Assembly (NCBI GenBank): GCA_030390025.1
Contig: CM059431.1
Coordinates: forward strand, 103,356,001 to 103,420,000
From: Squalus acanthias
Lineage: Eukaryota
DNA length: 64,000 nucleotides
Reading direction: 5' to 3'
Shown: positions 1 to 13,300 of the stretch, piece after piece
Numbering within the stretch: position 1 is the first letter of the stretch
Layout of the letters: every line of letters starts with the position of its first letter
Made by a program: the position numbers and the translations under genes
Notes under the pieces: model-generated
The model's input: the letters and a program-made list of their open reading frames with translations, nothing else
Database searches by the model: none
Told to the model about the DNA's origin: nothing

Positions 1-100
1 GCCACTAAGGTGCTTTCAAAGTCACATTTTAGGTCTCAGTGAGGAGAAATCAAAAATCACCATGAAACGCCAGAATTGTGACTGTTGTGACTAAAGCTTT

Positions 101-326
101 GGGCACAAATTGAGAGCCCGTTCAGAACTGGCGTGAAGTAACTCAGTTCGTGCGAGCCACAATTTTTGCCTGGGGGTGGGTGAGACGGGGGGAGGGGGTG
201 GAGCGAGGTAAACACACGGCAGAGGATTCCAGGTGGATGGTTCACAGAATAGGCGCAACAAGCCGCGGAAATTTGGGCGCAGTGTGAAAACGGGCACGTG
301 TCACTTACACCCAAATTTACTCAACC
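101..326. mobile_element. Short degenerate MITE-like element
   Basis: Starts gggcacaaatt and has an aaattt..cc end. Contains the agttcgtgcgagc motif shared with the 9414 MITE family. Confidence 0.4.
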
Positions 327-394
327 TTTTTTGCACCGAAAATCACCAATACTCCGTTGTGTTGATGCACGTATTCCGGAAAGTGAATCACTCA

Positions 395-645
395 TCAGGG
401 AAAGACTGGCTGAGCACTTTCCACAGGGACGAGCTGATTGGTTGGACTAATCTGGTTGAATTGTTTGAGGAGGGTCACTAATACGGTGGATGGAGGAGCT
501 TCAATGGATGTTGTCTGTATGGACCACCAGAAGGCATTTGATAAGGTTCCGCACAAGAGATTATGAGCAAAAAAAAGTGGGAGCGCACAGAATTGGAGGA
601 AACCTTGGGACATGGGTTAGGAATTGGGAAAGGGCAAGTTCTAGG
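395..645 (+). mobile_element. CR1 LINE reverse transcriptase fragment
   Basis: Translates to TNLVELFEE..MDVVCMDHQKAFDKVPHKRL, a typical CR1 RT segment. Confidence 0.8.
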
Positions 646-844
646 AGCAGAATTCTGTAAGTGAAGAAAATTCCACATATTTTAAAAGAAAAACACGAGC
701 AGATCTGCTTGGCAAAGGCAGTTTGCAATTTGAATGAATGGAGTTTACGAATGAAACTTTGAAAGAAAGGAAGAAAGACTTGCATTGATACAGCGCCTTT
801 CATGACCGCCGGACGTCTCAAAGTGTTTTACAGCCAATGAAATA

Positions 845-1415
845 CAAATGCAGATTGGGGGACCGCTTTGCGGAACACCTCCGTTCAGTCCGTAAGGGTG
901 ACCCCGAGCTTCCGGTCGCTTGTCGCTTTAATTCTCCGCTCCACTCCCACTCAGACCTCACCGTCCTCGGCCTCTTACACTGTTCCAACGAAGCTCAACG
1001 TAAGCTCGAGGAACAGCACCTCATCTTTCGATTAGGCACTTTACAGCCTTCTGGACTCAGCATTGAGTTCAACAATTTCAGACTATAACCTCTGCCCCTA
1101 TTTTTTCAGGCGGCAGCTGTTGATTATTCTGCCATCCCCATTTGCAACATTTAATCTCTCCTGCCTTCCACCCTATTATAGACCGTCCCTTTTTCTTTTT
1201 TCTTTTCTCTTTCCTCCCCTCCCCCCCCGCTTTCCCTGCCTCTGCATCTTGCTTAAAACCTGTTACATCTCTAACTTTTTCCAGTTCTGACGAAGGGTCA
1301 CAGACCTGAAACGTTGACTCTGTTTCTCTCTCCACGGATGCTGCCTGACCTGCTGAGCATTTCCAGCATTTTCTGCTGTTATTTCAGATTTCCAGCATCC
1401 GCAGTATTTTGCTAT
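845..1415 (+). mobile_element. Penelope-like element 3' end: GIY-YIG endonuclease C-terminus plus 3' repeat
   Basis: ORF RLGDRFAEHLRSVR...PVACRFN...RKLEEQHLIFRLGTLQPSGLSIEF. The tail is shared with three other copies in the window. Confidence 0.85.
1283..1319 (+). ncRNA. Candidate minimal type I hammerhead ribozyme (Penelope)
   Basis: agtt-CTGACGA-agggtc-aca-gacct-GAAAC-GTT-gact: catalytic core boxes, stem II hairpin and palindromic stem III. Confidence 0.65.
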
Positions 1416-1814
1416 TAGGTTTGGAGTATAGTCACTGAAGTACCGTAGGAAACGCGGCAGCCAATATGCGCACAGCAAGCTCCCACAAACAGCAATGCGA
1501 TAATGACTAGATAATCTGTTTTTTGTTATGTTGATCGAGGGATAAATATTGGCCCGGACACCTGGCTTTGTTTCCAAAGAGAGTTTGAAATTACCACTGA
1601 ACAAATGGTATCTCCAAATTTGGGACAGAAATCATGATTTGGCTGTTACAATCTAAAGTTACAGTCTCCACAATTTATGAATAAATTTACTAAGTCTAAA
1701 ATACCACAATATGCAGTAGAACAAATTCATAGAATCCTACAGCACAGAAGGAGGCCACTCGGCCCATCGTGCTCTTTGAAAGAGCTCTCCAATTAGTCCC
1801 ACTCACCCTGCTCT

Positions 1815-2092
1815 GGTTGAGGGGGATATATTGGCCAGGACACTGGGGAGAACTCCCCTGCTCTTCTTCGAAATAGTGCCATGGGATCTTTTACGTCCAC
1901 CTGAGAGGGCAGACGGGACCTCGGTTTAACATCTCATCTGAAAGACGGCACCTTCGACAGTGCAGCTCTCCCTCAGCATTGCACTGGGAGCGTCAGCCTA
2001 GCTTTATGTGCATCAATTCCCTGGGGTGAGGACTTGAACCCACAACCTTCTGACTCAGAGGCAAGTGTGCTACCCACTGAGCTACAGCTGAC
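1815..2092 (-). mobile_element. DeuSINE (SacSINE1-like) 5' part
   Basis: tRNA-like head and Deu domain on the reverse strand. Confidence 0.85.
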
Positions 2093-2711
2093 ACACGATG
2101 TCTAATTAACTGTTGATTTTCCCCCCCCCCCCTCCCTTCCCTTACTGTTCTGTCTTAAGGTCAAACTAGCATGGAATGAGAGGGCCTGGAAATTAACAGC
2201 TGGTAGAGGGTAGCAGGAGAAAGTGCTAATGGCCCACAAAAGGCAAATGATGCAGGTCGTTGGCATGGAGCCATTGGAGGCCTGATTGTGGAGGAAGCTG
2301 GGCATCCTGACAGAACACCTGGTATCAGACTAAACAAATCTTACACTAATCACTACGGCTGTCAGGTAATGGATGTTCTTACTTACAAGTTATTTCACAC
2401 GATAATAGGGTTCAAAGGCATTTATTGGTTTTCACAGCACTTAAGCATAGAATGATAACTCCTATTAATAATTATACTCTCAGATCGGAGAATTCACTGC
2501 ATCGCAGGTTTCTAGCTGGAGAGGAATGGTCGGCCAAGACGTGTCCAATTCTGAAGAATCTGTTCTAACACCCTTCTTCATATATTTATTTACTCTAGTG
2601 CAGACTCATGTTATCACAAAGGATTACCTCATCCAGTTATTCATTAATTAATTTCAGTTTTAACAAGAAGGCCTCCAAGTCACCTTGTCAAGCCTGTATC
2701 TTGACTGATAC

Positions 2712-2923
2712 AGTGCCAGGGGATCTTTTACGTCCACCTGCGAGGGCGCATGGTGCCTCGGTTTAATGTCTCGCGCAAAAGACGGCACCTCCGACAATGC
2801 AGCACTCACTCAGTACTGACGCTGGGAGTGTCAGCCTGCGGTCCCAACTCCCTGGAGCGGGACTATGAACCCTCAATCTTCTGACTCAGTAGGACGCGAG
2901 TGCTACCCACTGAGCCACAGCTG
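2712..2923 (-). mobile_element. DeuSINE 5' part
   Basis: tRNA-like head plus Deu domain. Confidence 0.8.
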
Positions 2924-4275
2924 ATATAATGGTTTCACTATCTTCCACCCCGGCCCCCCCAAAACCCACCGAACGCTGATCGAATCATTCAAGTGGAGAC
3001 AGTTACAGGGGCCCGCTACTTCAGTGATGAATTGGCCAAATTCCTCAACAATGTTCATGAAGGGGTTGACATAGCCTGGCTCTGGAATGGATGGCACTAT
3101 TAACCAGTCAACTATCTCACAGCCTTATGGAAGTAGATACTGTCATGTATTATCACATGATTTATCATATGGTTTGGTATGAGCATGCTCAGTTCGCTCT
3201 GGCCTACTAAAGCAAGCACACGGACTAGCAACTCATCGTGTCTCTGTCCTTCATTTTTTCTACCCACATATAATATATTTTTGGCGACGAGGATGGGATC
3301 CCAAAGCCATTTTTAGGGATCATGGAAGGACCCAGAGTTCAACCTTCGAGTGGACAAGTTTAAGGTGAATTTGTGACACCTAAACTGAATTTTTGCGATG
3401 TTTTACTGTTAATGCAGATGCAGAATTGTCTGTGCTTCGCCTTTGTGTATATGTGTACACAGCAACAGCGGCGCTGATTCTCACAGGTACACAGGTAGTG
3501 TGCTGAGTCACTGTTCGATGGGATCGGGACAATCATGGCCGTGCCTATGGGATTCATCGGAAGCCCTAGCATGTATGACCGAGCTCGAGAACCATCCAGT
3601 TCTTACATTGAGCGGAAGGAGATTTTTAAGGCCAATAACATTATTGAGACTGAAGGTGCAGATGAGAATGTTCAAACTCAAAATAAAGCAATTAGTGAAT
3701 GGAAGAAAGCAATTTTTCCAACAGAGATCGGGCCAGATGTCTACAGAACGTTGACAAGCCTACTCGCGCCAGTTAAAGCGAAGGATGCATTGTTTGAAGA
3801 CATTGTCGAGAAACTCGAGGACCATTTCGACCCAATGCTGTTAGAAAAAGCAGAGAGCTATAAGTTTGGTACCAGAAACCAAAAACAAAGTGAAACCATC
3901 AGTGAGTACATTGTAGCTCTTAAGAACCTGTCTTTGCATTGTAACTTCGGCACATTTTTGGATTGTGCGTTGCGAGATAAGTTTGTGTGTGGACTGGTTG
4001 ATGAGCGCACACAGTCCAAGTTACTGAACACTCCGAACCTAACGTTTGACATAGCATGCAAAAATTGCTCTATCTATGGAGATGTCGGCTAAGAATGCTA
4101 GGGAGCTCTGTCCAACTCAAGTGACCAGTGCAGCTGAGGTCTACAGTCACAAAGCCACCACCAAACCTAAAGCTCTGAGACCGAGTCAAAAGCGTGTTGG
4201 TGAGAGCAGTTCAGTGAATTGTTATCGCTGCAATGGAAATCACTCACCACAGTCCTGCCAATACAGAAATACAAA

Positions 4276-5168
4276 GGGGTAAAAATTCAGTTGGTTGCGC
4301 CTCCCGTTAGCGCCTTAAGAGGGCGCTAATGGGGCGCAAAGCCGCTAACGCCCGGGCGCAGCGATGTTTGCGCCGCTCGGGAACTTAACTAGACATTGTG
4401 TGGCGGCGCTAAACTTTACCGCTGCGACCACCTGCGCGCGCAGATTGTGATGTCATTCCATGGTGCAACGCCCTTGTGGCGCCCCGGAGCGGAAATTGAG
4501 TGGCGCCCCCTGCCTTACCGCCTGACGCTAGCAACGACAGGTTGAGGGGAGCGTTCTGCAGTCATGAAGGGAAAGGGGGAGCGCTATTTAAAGGTGACCG
4601 CTTCCTGCCTTTTATTGTTGGTGCCATTTTTGAACTATGCATTCTGAGAGAGAGAGGGAGAGACTTCTGGAGAGATTCAACGTTGTGTGAAGGAGTTTTG
4701 GGTACTGAGCAGCACTTTGCAGGTTCATTTTGATTTGCCATTCCTTGTATCGATTTAGCAGAGACTGTGGGAGCTGCACTCTGAGCTCTTTGCCTGGTAC
4801 TCTCCATTGTTCTTTCCAGCACATTTGATGTGCAAGTCTCTCCAGGCCAAGATTCAAGGCTGCAATGAACAGGATGTGGATGGAAAGCAAAATTAACCAT
4901 CCCCTTTAAGAACTGGCCCGTGCCATTGTGTGTGTGTTCCATTGCTGACTGACTTTACATGAGCTTCGCCAGCGCTCTGAGTTAGCGCCTCACTCCTCGG
5001 CCTTTGCGCCTTAAGACAGGTGTGCAGCGCCTGATTTAGCGCTCCACTCACCTCCCGGGGCGGTAAAAGTGAAGTTTCCAGTCAGTGGCGATAATTAGCG
5101 CCACGCGCTAATATTTGCGTCCAGACGATATTTGCGCCCCAAATGGGGCGCGACCTAATTTTTCCCCC
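4276..5168. mobile_element. Harbinger-type non-autonomous element/MITE inserted in Gypsy gag
   Basis: TIRs ggggtaaaaatt / aatttttccccc; 3-bp flanks aaa/ata; gag resumes after it. Confidence 0.85.
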
Positions 5169-7607
5169 ATAGTGTTTTCACTGCCAGAAGCAAGGCCATA
5201 TTTCACAAGCTTGCAGAGCTAGATCTAAAGTAGGAAGTAAGAACCATTCTAGTGGCAATGCAAAGCAGTGACAACAAAAGGGAGGCGTAAGTAATATTGA
5301 AGTGAACACACCTGATGTTGAAGAACTAGACATCTACAGTAACTATGCCACTAACGACAACACTAGCAGTCGTGAGAAAAACTTCTGTACAAAACTTTTG
5401 ATCAACGAGCAATATATTGATATATGTATCGACACGATGGCGGACTGCTCTATCATGAGTAAGGACACATATGAGAGTAAGTTTAATCAAATACCATTTA
5501 CAAAGAGTACCGTAGAGTTAAAAACCTACTCCGGAGAAATCCGAGAGACATGTGGACAAATGGAATGTACAGTTCAGCACAATGGCCAGTCAGCAAAGCT
5601 GCCTATTATTGTAGCGAGCTACAACAACAAGCCAACCCTCATGGGAAAAGACTGGCTGAGAAAGTTAAAACTAGTCTGGAAAATCATCTTCAGTGTAGTT
5701 GCTTCAAAGAAGCGACTCGACACAATGCTGAACAAGTACGAAAGCATGTTCACAGTTATGAGGGCATCACTGGGTATGACACACATATCCGCATCAAGTC
5801 GAACGTGAAGCCTGTCTATTGTAAGACAAGACCAGTCCCCTATGCGCTGAGCAGTCAGGTGGAGGAAGAGCTAGCGAAACTCAAAGAGAACGGAATGCTA
5901 GTAAAAACTGACAAAAGTGAATGGGCTATCCTGATTGTGGTAGTGCCCAAAGCAGACAAAACTGTACGCTTGTGCGGTGACTACAAAGTTACTATCAACC
6001 AAGCAGTTGACGATGAGCAGTACCTGTTACCTACATCACATGGTTTGTATGTAGCACTCTCTGGGCGAAAGGTTTTCTCCAAGCTTATGCTCAGCTGACT
6101 GTTGACAAAGAAACTCAACAGTATCTTACTATCAACTCACACAAGGGACTGTACTCAGACACCAAGCTACCGTATGGTGTAAAGTCCTTCCCCAAAATCT
6201 TCCAGGCTACGATGCAAGGAGTTCCAAATTGCTTATGCAATCAAGGCGATGAGCTGATCACAACAAGCAGCGAGGAAGAAAATCTAGAAGTGTTAGATTT
6301 AGTGCTTCAAAGGTTGAATGCCCACAATGTCAAATTGAAAAGGAGCAAATGTGCTTTTGTGCAGCCCGAGGTTGTGTATCTTGGTCTGAAAGTTGATGCA
6401 AATGGCTTGCAACTAATTAAGGAAAAGGTTGATGCTGTCATCAATGATCCAAAGCCACAGAACATTTCTGAGTTAAGATCTTTCCTTGGAATGCTCCAGT
6501 ACTACGCATGTTTCTTACCTGAGTTAGCGACCATGTTAGCTCCATTGCATGAGCTCCTCAAGAAGGATGTCCAGTGGAAGTGGACAAAAATGCAACAGGA
6601 AGCTTATGATGCTTGTAAGAGAAGTCTCTCTAGCGATGCTCTACTTGTGCACTACGACACAGAGCGTGAGCTTAAGTTAGCGTGTGATGCTTCCAGTTAC
6701 GGTGTGGGAGCTGTCATAAGCCATGTAATGGATAACAGCCAAGAGAAACCAATCGCGTTCGCATCGCAAACCCTCACAAAGAGCGAAAGAAACTACGCAC
6801 AAATTGAAAAGGAAGCACTCGCCATAGTGTTTGGAATCAAGAAATTCCAACCGTTCTTGATCGGCAGAAAGTTTACCCTGATATCCGATCACAAACCGCA
6901 CCTAGCAATGTTGGGGCTCAAATCCGCCATCCCTGCAATGGCCACATCAAGAATGCAACTTTGGGCAGTGTTGTTGTCACAATATGACTACACGATTGAA
7001 TATTGCATTGCAAAGCAAAACGCAATCGCAGATGCCTTGTCCAGGTGTCACATGAGGACTCGTGTGTTGGGAGTGAAGGTGAGATTTTCACGCTAGGTGC
7101 AGTTGACAGACTTTCCCGTGAATGCAACTGAGATTGCAGATGAGACGCAAAAGTACTCAGTACTGAAAAGAGTGAATGAAAACACCTTGAATGGATGGAC
7201 TGATCAGTGTCTGGACACAGAGTTGAAACCATTCCATAACAGTCATACTGAATTGTCTTGTGAGCAAGGTTGTATCAAGTGGGGAAACAGAGTGGTGGTA
7301 CCTAATTCTTTGAGAGATAGAATTCTGGCCGAACTTCATACTGAACATCCAGGGATCATCAGTAGGAAATCAATAGCAAGATGCTTTGTTTACTGGCCTG
7401 GATTGGACAGTGATCTTGAATCACTTGTCAGCAAATGCAGCGTTTGCCAAAATTGCAGAAACAAACCACCCAAAACTCCACTACAACCCTGGTCATGGCC
7501 AAGTAGACCTTTTCAAAGAGTACAAGTAGACTTCTGTGAGAAAGCAGATGATTATTTTCTGGTACTTGTAGATAGTCACTCAAAGTGGATTGAAAGTGAA
7601 ACACATG

Positions 7608-8330
7608 GGGGGAAAAATTGGGTATTGCCCATTTTGGGACGCTAATTTTAGTGCCCTGAAAAGTTAGCGCCCCTACCCCGTAAATTCAGTATTAGCGCCC
7701 CAAGAACGAGGTGGGGCGCTACTGGAAGCACTCCACCTCCATCTCCACCTCCTTCTTGGGGCACTTCTACTCAATGTGCAACAGCGCCACGCCTGGCGGT
7801 ACGTAGCACTGCGTCATGGCAGGCCTCCTTCCCTGATTAAAGGGGAGGGGCCTAGCGCTGCGTGCACCGGTGTCCTGCTGGACCACCAGGGAGCGCGGTG
7901 CCGTGAAAACAGCCCGGCACTCAAGAGGAGTGAGCGATCGCGGCTGGCACTCCGCATACAAATGTTAAAAGGGGGCAGGCGCTGGCAGTCGGCCAAAATA
8001 AAAATGGCCGTCCGACACCTGCCCTTTAAGTAGCATCGCCGCCGCTGCCAAACTGCCCCCTGATCCTGTCGCACATATCGTCCTGCGATAGGTCAGGGGG
8101 TGCAAGGGAAGTTTGCGGCCGGGTCGCAAACGGGGTGCTGTGCACGGCGATGACGTCATCATCGCCGGTGCAGTGGAGTGGGGCGCTACCGGCTACCGCC
8201 GCCGCTAACCTCCTGCTGAATTTTGCGGGAGGCGTTAGCGGTGCCACGCCAAGGCGCTAGGGCATTTGTGCCCCGTTAGCGTCCCCCGGGGGCGCTAACG
8301 AGAGGCACAAAGCAACCCAATTTCTAGCCC
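7608..8330. mobile_element. Harbinger-type MITE inserted in Gypsy integrase
   Basis: TIRs gggggaaaaattgggt / acccaatttctagccc; perfect ATG target duplication. Confidence 0.9.
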
Positions 8331-9413
8331 ATGGGTTCAAAAACTACAATTGAACGTACCATAGATGAGTTGAGGTCTATCTTCACATGTCATGTCTTAC
8401 CTGAAGAGCTTGTTTCTGACAATGGTCCTCAGTTCCATTCTGCTCTATTCCAAGAATTCATGAAATGGAACGGTATCAAACACACTCTCGTTCCACCATA
8501 TCATCCAGCTTCAAATGGAGCAGCCGAAAGGTCAGTCAGAATAGTGAAAGAAGCTGTTAAAAAGCAAGTGTTGCCGGGTTGTTCGGGACTCAGCATGAAG
8601 CAACGTTTGGCAAATTTCTTGCTGAAGAACAGAACTACTCTGCACACTACAACTGGATATACCCCAGCAGAACTCTTGATGAAGAGGAGATTGAGAACAC
8701 GATTCAGTCTTGTTCAACCATATTTGGTCTCAAGAGTTGAACAGAAACAGTTGAGTCAGAAACGTTATTATGACAGCAATCAGAAAGAACGCAGTTTCAA
8801 AAAAAACGAGTGTGTTCGTGTTCTCAGTCCCCCTGGCAAGTCGAGTTCACACAAGTGAGATGTAGGAACCATAGTAGAGTTTGGTGGAACCAAGAGATAT
8901 TTGGTTGAAATTGGTGACAACATCCAAAGTGTTCATGTAGATCAAATGATCTCTGCTAGAGATGAACCAAGACATGATTTTGAACCACTTGATCATGAAC
9001 TCATACATGAGTTTGACTCTGTTCAGACTTCAGAAACTGAAGTACCAGGTTCAAACAAGACTGAGATAGAAACAGGATCATCTTTGAGTTTGTAACCAAA
9101 ATAAAACAGCTCGAAAATTGGTTCAACACCAAAACCTTCTGTGAGGAGATCAGGAAGGCTCCACCAACCTGTTATTAAACTGGATTTGTAGTTAATTTAA
9201 AAGAAAAAAAGCCAGGAGTATTTGTTATGTGGTACATGTAATGCTGGGAAAGGTGGGACCATAGTTTTGTTGTATTTGAGAGGGGAATATATACATTTAT
9301 TTTAAGTGGGAAAGCAGTGTAATGTATTGTCACATGGTTTGTCACATGGTTTGGTATGAGCATGCTCAGTTCGCTCTGGCCTAATAAACAAGCACCTTGA
9401 CTAGCAACACATA

Positions 9414-10177
9414 GGCCCAGAAATTAAACATCGATGGTTCCCGCGGGGGTAAGGATTCCCCGCGATATCGCACTCCGCGCCTACCTTTTTGTTTGGGGCC
9501 CACTCGAACTTTAGTTTCAGAGCCTCTTCTTGTTGCAACCGCGCAGTGCTGTGCGTATCCCAGAGGCGCAATTAGTTCGTGCGAGCTCTGGGATCACGTG
9601 ATTCAGTTAGAGCCAATGGCAGCACACCATCTTTCATTCATAGTTTTGACAGCAAGAGCTGTCAAAGCTATGAATACTACAAACCCCCAAAAGAACAGCT
9701 AAACCTCAATTAAATTTTTAAAAAAGCCATCACATTAATAAAATAAGTATAGTTAAATAAATTAACCACTTTAAACAAAAAATTTAATTTTTGAAAATTT
9801 TTAAATCTTTTTAAAAGTTATAAAAATAAACTTGCCTTTCTTTAAAGTCTCTAAAAAAGATAAACCTGTTGAAAAAAATGTAAAATAACACTTAATTAAC
9901 TACTTACCTTGTTAAAAGTGGGTCCTACGCCTGCTTTCTTTATGTGTAAAATCTTCACCACTTACCTGCGCGTTCAAAGCTGAAAAAAAACCTAAGTGCA
10001 CTGCGTGCGCACAACCTGTAGCGCGCACGCGGTTCACTTAGGAACCGCCCCCATTGCAATTCATGAAGTGCCGGTTTCCCGCGCATGCGTAGTGCATGCA
10101 GGAAACCGGCAATTCGGGATCTAATACGCGAGAGTACACAGTGCGTACTCTCGCGTATTAGGTTTAATTTTCGGGCC
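9414..10177. mobile_element. MITE family A inserted in the 3' LTR
   Basis: TIRs ggcccagaaatt / aattttcgggcc; LTR sequence resumes at 10178; AT-rich core; homologous to the 26033 and 43371 copies. Confidence 0.9.
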
Positions 10178-10360
10178 ATCGTGTCTCTGTCCTTCATTTG
10201 TTCTACCCACATACATTGATACAGTCAGCTCATCTAACAAAAGGGAGTTTGATTTTGTCTCTGTTGAACTCTTATCAGCTATAAGACTGTCCTTGCATTT
10301 CCATTTCGACTATAATGAAAACTGTTATTTACGCCTACTAACAGAAACTCACTTAGCAGG

Positions 10361-13300
10361 GGAGACACGCACACGGAGACACACGCACACGCACACGGAG
10401 GCACACGCACACGGAGACACATGCAGACGGAGACACACGCACACGGAAACACACGCACACGCACACAGAGACACATGCAGACGGAGACACACGCACACAG
10501 ATACACACGCACACGGAGACACACGCACACGGAGACACGCATGGAGACACACACACGGAGACACACGCACATGCACATGGAGACACACTCACACGGAGAC
10601 ACACGCACACGGAGACACACGCACATGCACATGGAGACACACACACACGGAGACACACGCACACGGAGACACACGCACATGCACATGGAGACACACACAC
10701 ACGGAGACACACGCACACGGAGACACACACACGCACATGGAGACCCACAGACATGGAGACACACGCACATGGAGACACACACACATGGAGACACACACAC
10801 ACGGAGACACACACACACGCACATGGAGACAGACACACGGAGACACACGCACAAGGAGACACACGCACATGCACATGGAGACACACACACGGAGACACAC
10901 ACACACGGAGACACACATACGGAGACACACGCACATGCACACGGAGACACACACACGGAGACACACGCACACGGAGACACACGCACATGCACATGGAGAC
11001 CCACACACATGTAGACACACGCACAAGGAGACACACGCACATGCACACGGAGACACACACACGGAGACACACGCACACGGAGACACACACACACACGGAG
11101 ACACACGCACACGGAGACACACATACGGAGACACACGCACACACACACGGAGACACACACGCACGCACATGGAGACACACACACACGGAGACACACGCAC
11201 ATGGAGACCCACACACATGGAGACACACACGCAGAGACACACGCACACGGAGACACACGCACATGCACATGGAGACACACGCACACGGAGACACACACAC
11301 GGAGACACACACACAGACATGCACACGGAGACACACGCACACGCACATGGAGACACACGCACACGGAGACACACGCACATGGGGACACACACACACGGAG
11401 ACACACACACGGAGACACACACACACACGGAGACACACACACGGAGACACACACACAGAGACACACGCACACGGAGACACACGCACATGCACACGGATAC
11501 TCACGCACACGGAGACACACGCACACGGATACACACACACATGGAGAAGCATGCACACGGAGACACACGCACACAGGTACACATGCACACGGAGACACAC
11601 GCACACAGAGACACACGCACATGGAGACACACGCACACGGAGACACACGCACATGGAGACACATGCACACGGAGACACACGCACACGGACATGGAGACAC
11701 ACGCACATGGAGACACATGCACACGGAGACACACGCACACGGACATGGAGACACACGCACATGGAGACACACGCACATGGAGACACACGCACACGGACAT
11801 GGAGACAGACACACATGGAGACACATGCACACGGAGACACACGCACACACACACGGTGACATGCACATGGAGACACATGCACACGGAGACACACGCACAC
11901 GGACATGGAGACACACGCACATGGAGACACACGCACATGGAGACACACGCACACGGACATGGAGACAGACACACATGGAGACACATGCACACGGAGACAC
12001 ACGCACACACACACGGTGACATGCACATGGAGACACATGCACACGGAGACACATGCACACACACACGGAGACACACACGGAGACACACACACACAGAGAC
12101 ACACGCACACACACGGAGACACACACACATGGAGACACACACACACGGAGACACACACACACGGAGACACACACACACGGAGACACACACACACGGAGAC
12201 ACACGCACACGCACACGGAGACACACACACACGGAGACACACACACACGGAGACACACGCACACGGAGACACACACACACGGAGACACACACACATGGAG
12301 ACACACACACACGGAGACACACACACACGGAGACACACACACACGGAGACACACACACACGGAGACACACACACACGGAGACACACGCACACGCACACGG
12401 AGACACACACACACGGAGACACACACACACGGAGACACACGCACACGGAGACACACACACACGGAGACACACACACATGGAGACACACACACACGGAGAC
12501 ACACACACACGGAGGCACACGCACACGGAGACACATGCAGACGGAGACACACGCACACGGAAACACACGCACACGCACACAGAGACACATGCAGACGGAG
12601 ACACACGCACACAGATACACACGCACACGGAGACACACGCACACGGAGACACGCATGGAGACACACACACGGAGACACACGCACATGCACATGGAGACAC
12701 ACTCACACGGAGACACACGCACACGGAGACACACGCACATGCACATGGAGACACACACACACGGAAACACACGCACACGGAGACACACGCACATTCACAT
12801 GGAGACACACGCACACGGAGACACACGCACACGGAGACACACACACGCACATGGAGACCCACAGACATGGAGACACACGCACATGGAGACACACACACAT
12901 GGAGACACACACACACGGAGACACACACACACGCACATGGAGACAGACACACGGAGACACACACACGGAGACACACACACACGGAGACACACATACGGAG
13001 ACACACGCACATGCACACGGAGACACACACACGGAGACACACGCACACGGAGACACACACACACGGAGACACACGCACACGGAGACACACGCACATGCAC
13101 ATGGAGACCCACACACATGTAGACACACGCACAAGGAGACACACGCACATGCACACGGAGACACACACACGGAGACACACGCACACGGAGACACACACAC
13201 ACACGGAGACACACGCACATGGAGACACACGCACACGGAGACACACATACGGAGACACACGCACACACACACGGAGACACACACGCACGCACATGGAGAC

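Larger units (their letters stand above)
765..1566 (-). mobile_element. DeuSINE (SacSINE1-like) 3' half, interrupted by a Penelope fragment at ~845-1415
   Basis: Reverse-strand SINE tail (aagacttgcatt..cagcgccttt) at 765-843 continues at 1428-1566. Confidence 0.8.
3141..10217 (+). mobile_element. Full-length decayed Ty3/Gypsy LTR retrotransposon
   Basis: Structure: 5' LTR 3141-~3277; PBS tggcgacgagg 3282-3292; PPT 9304-9317; 3' LTR 9318-10217 (split by a MITE); gatac target duplication at 3136-3140 and 10218-10222. Coding: gag from 3535 with zinc knuckles CYRCNGNH and CFHCQKQGHISQAC; protease IDTMAD; RT LCGDYK; RNase H LACDASSYGVG and EKEALA; integrase HTEHPG..CSVC, VSDNGPQF, NGAAER. Multiple frameshifts. 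Confidence 0.95.
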
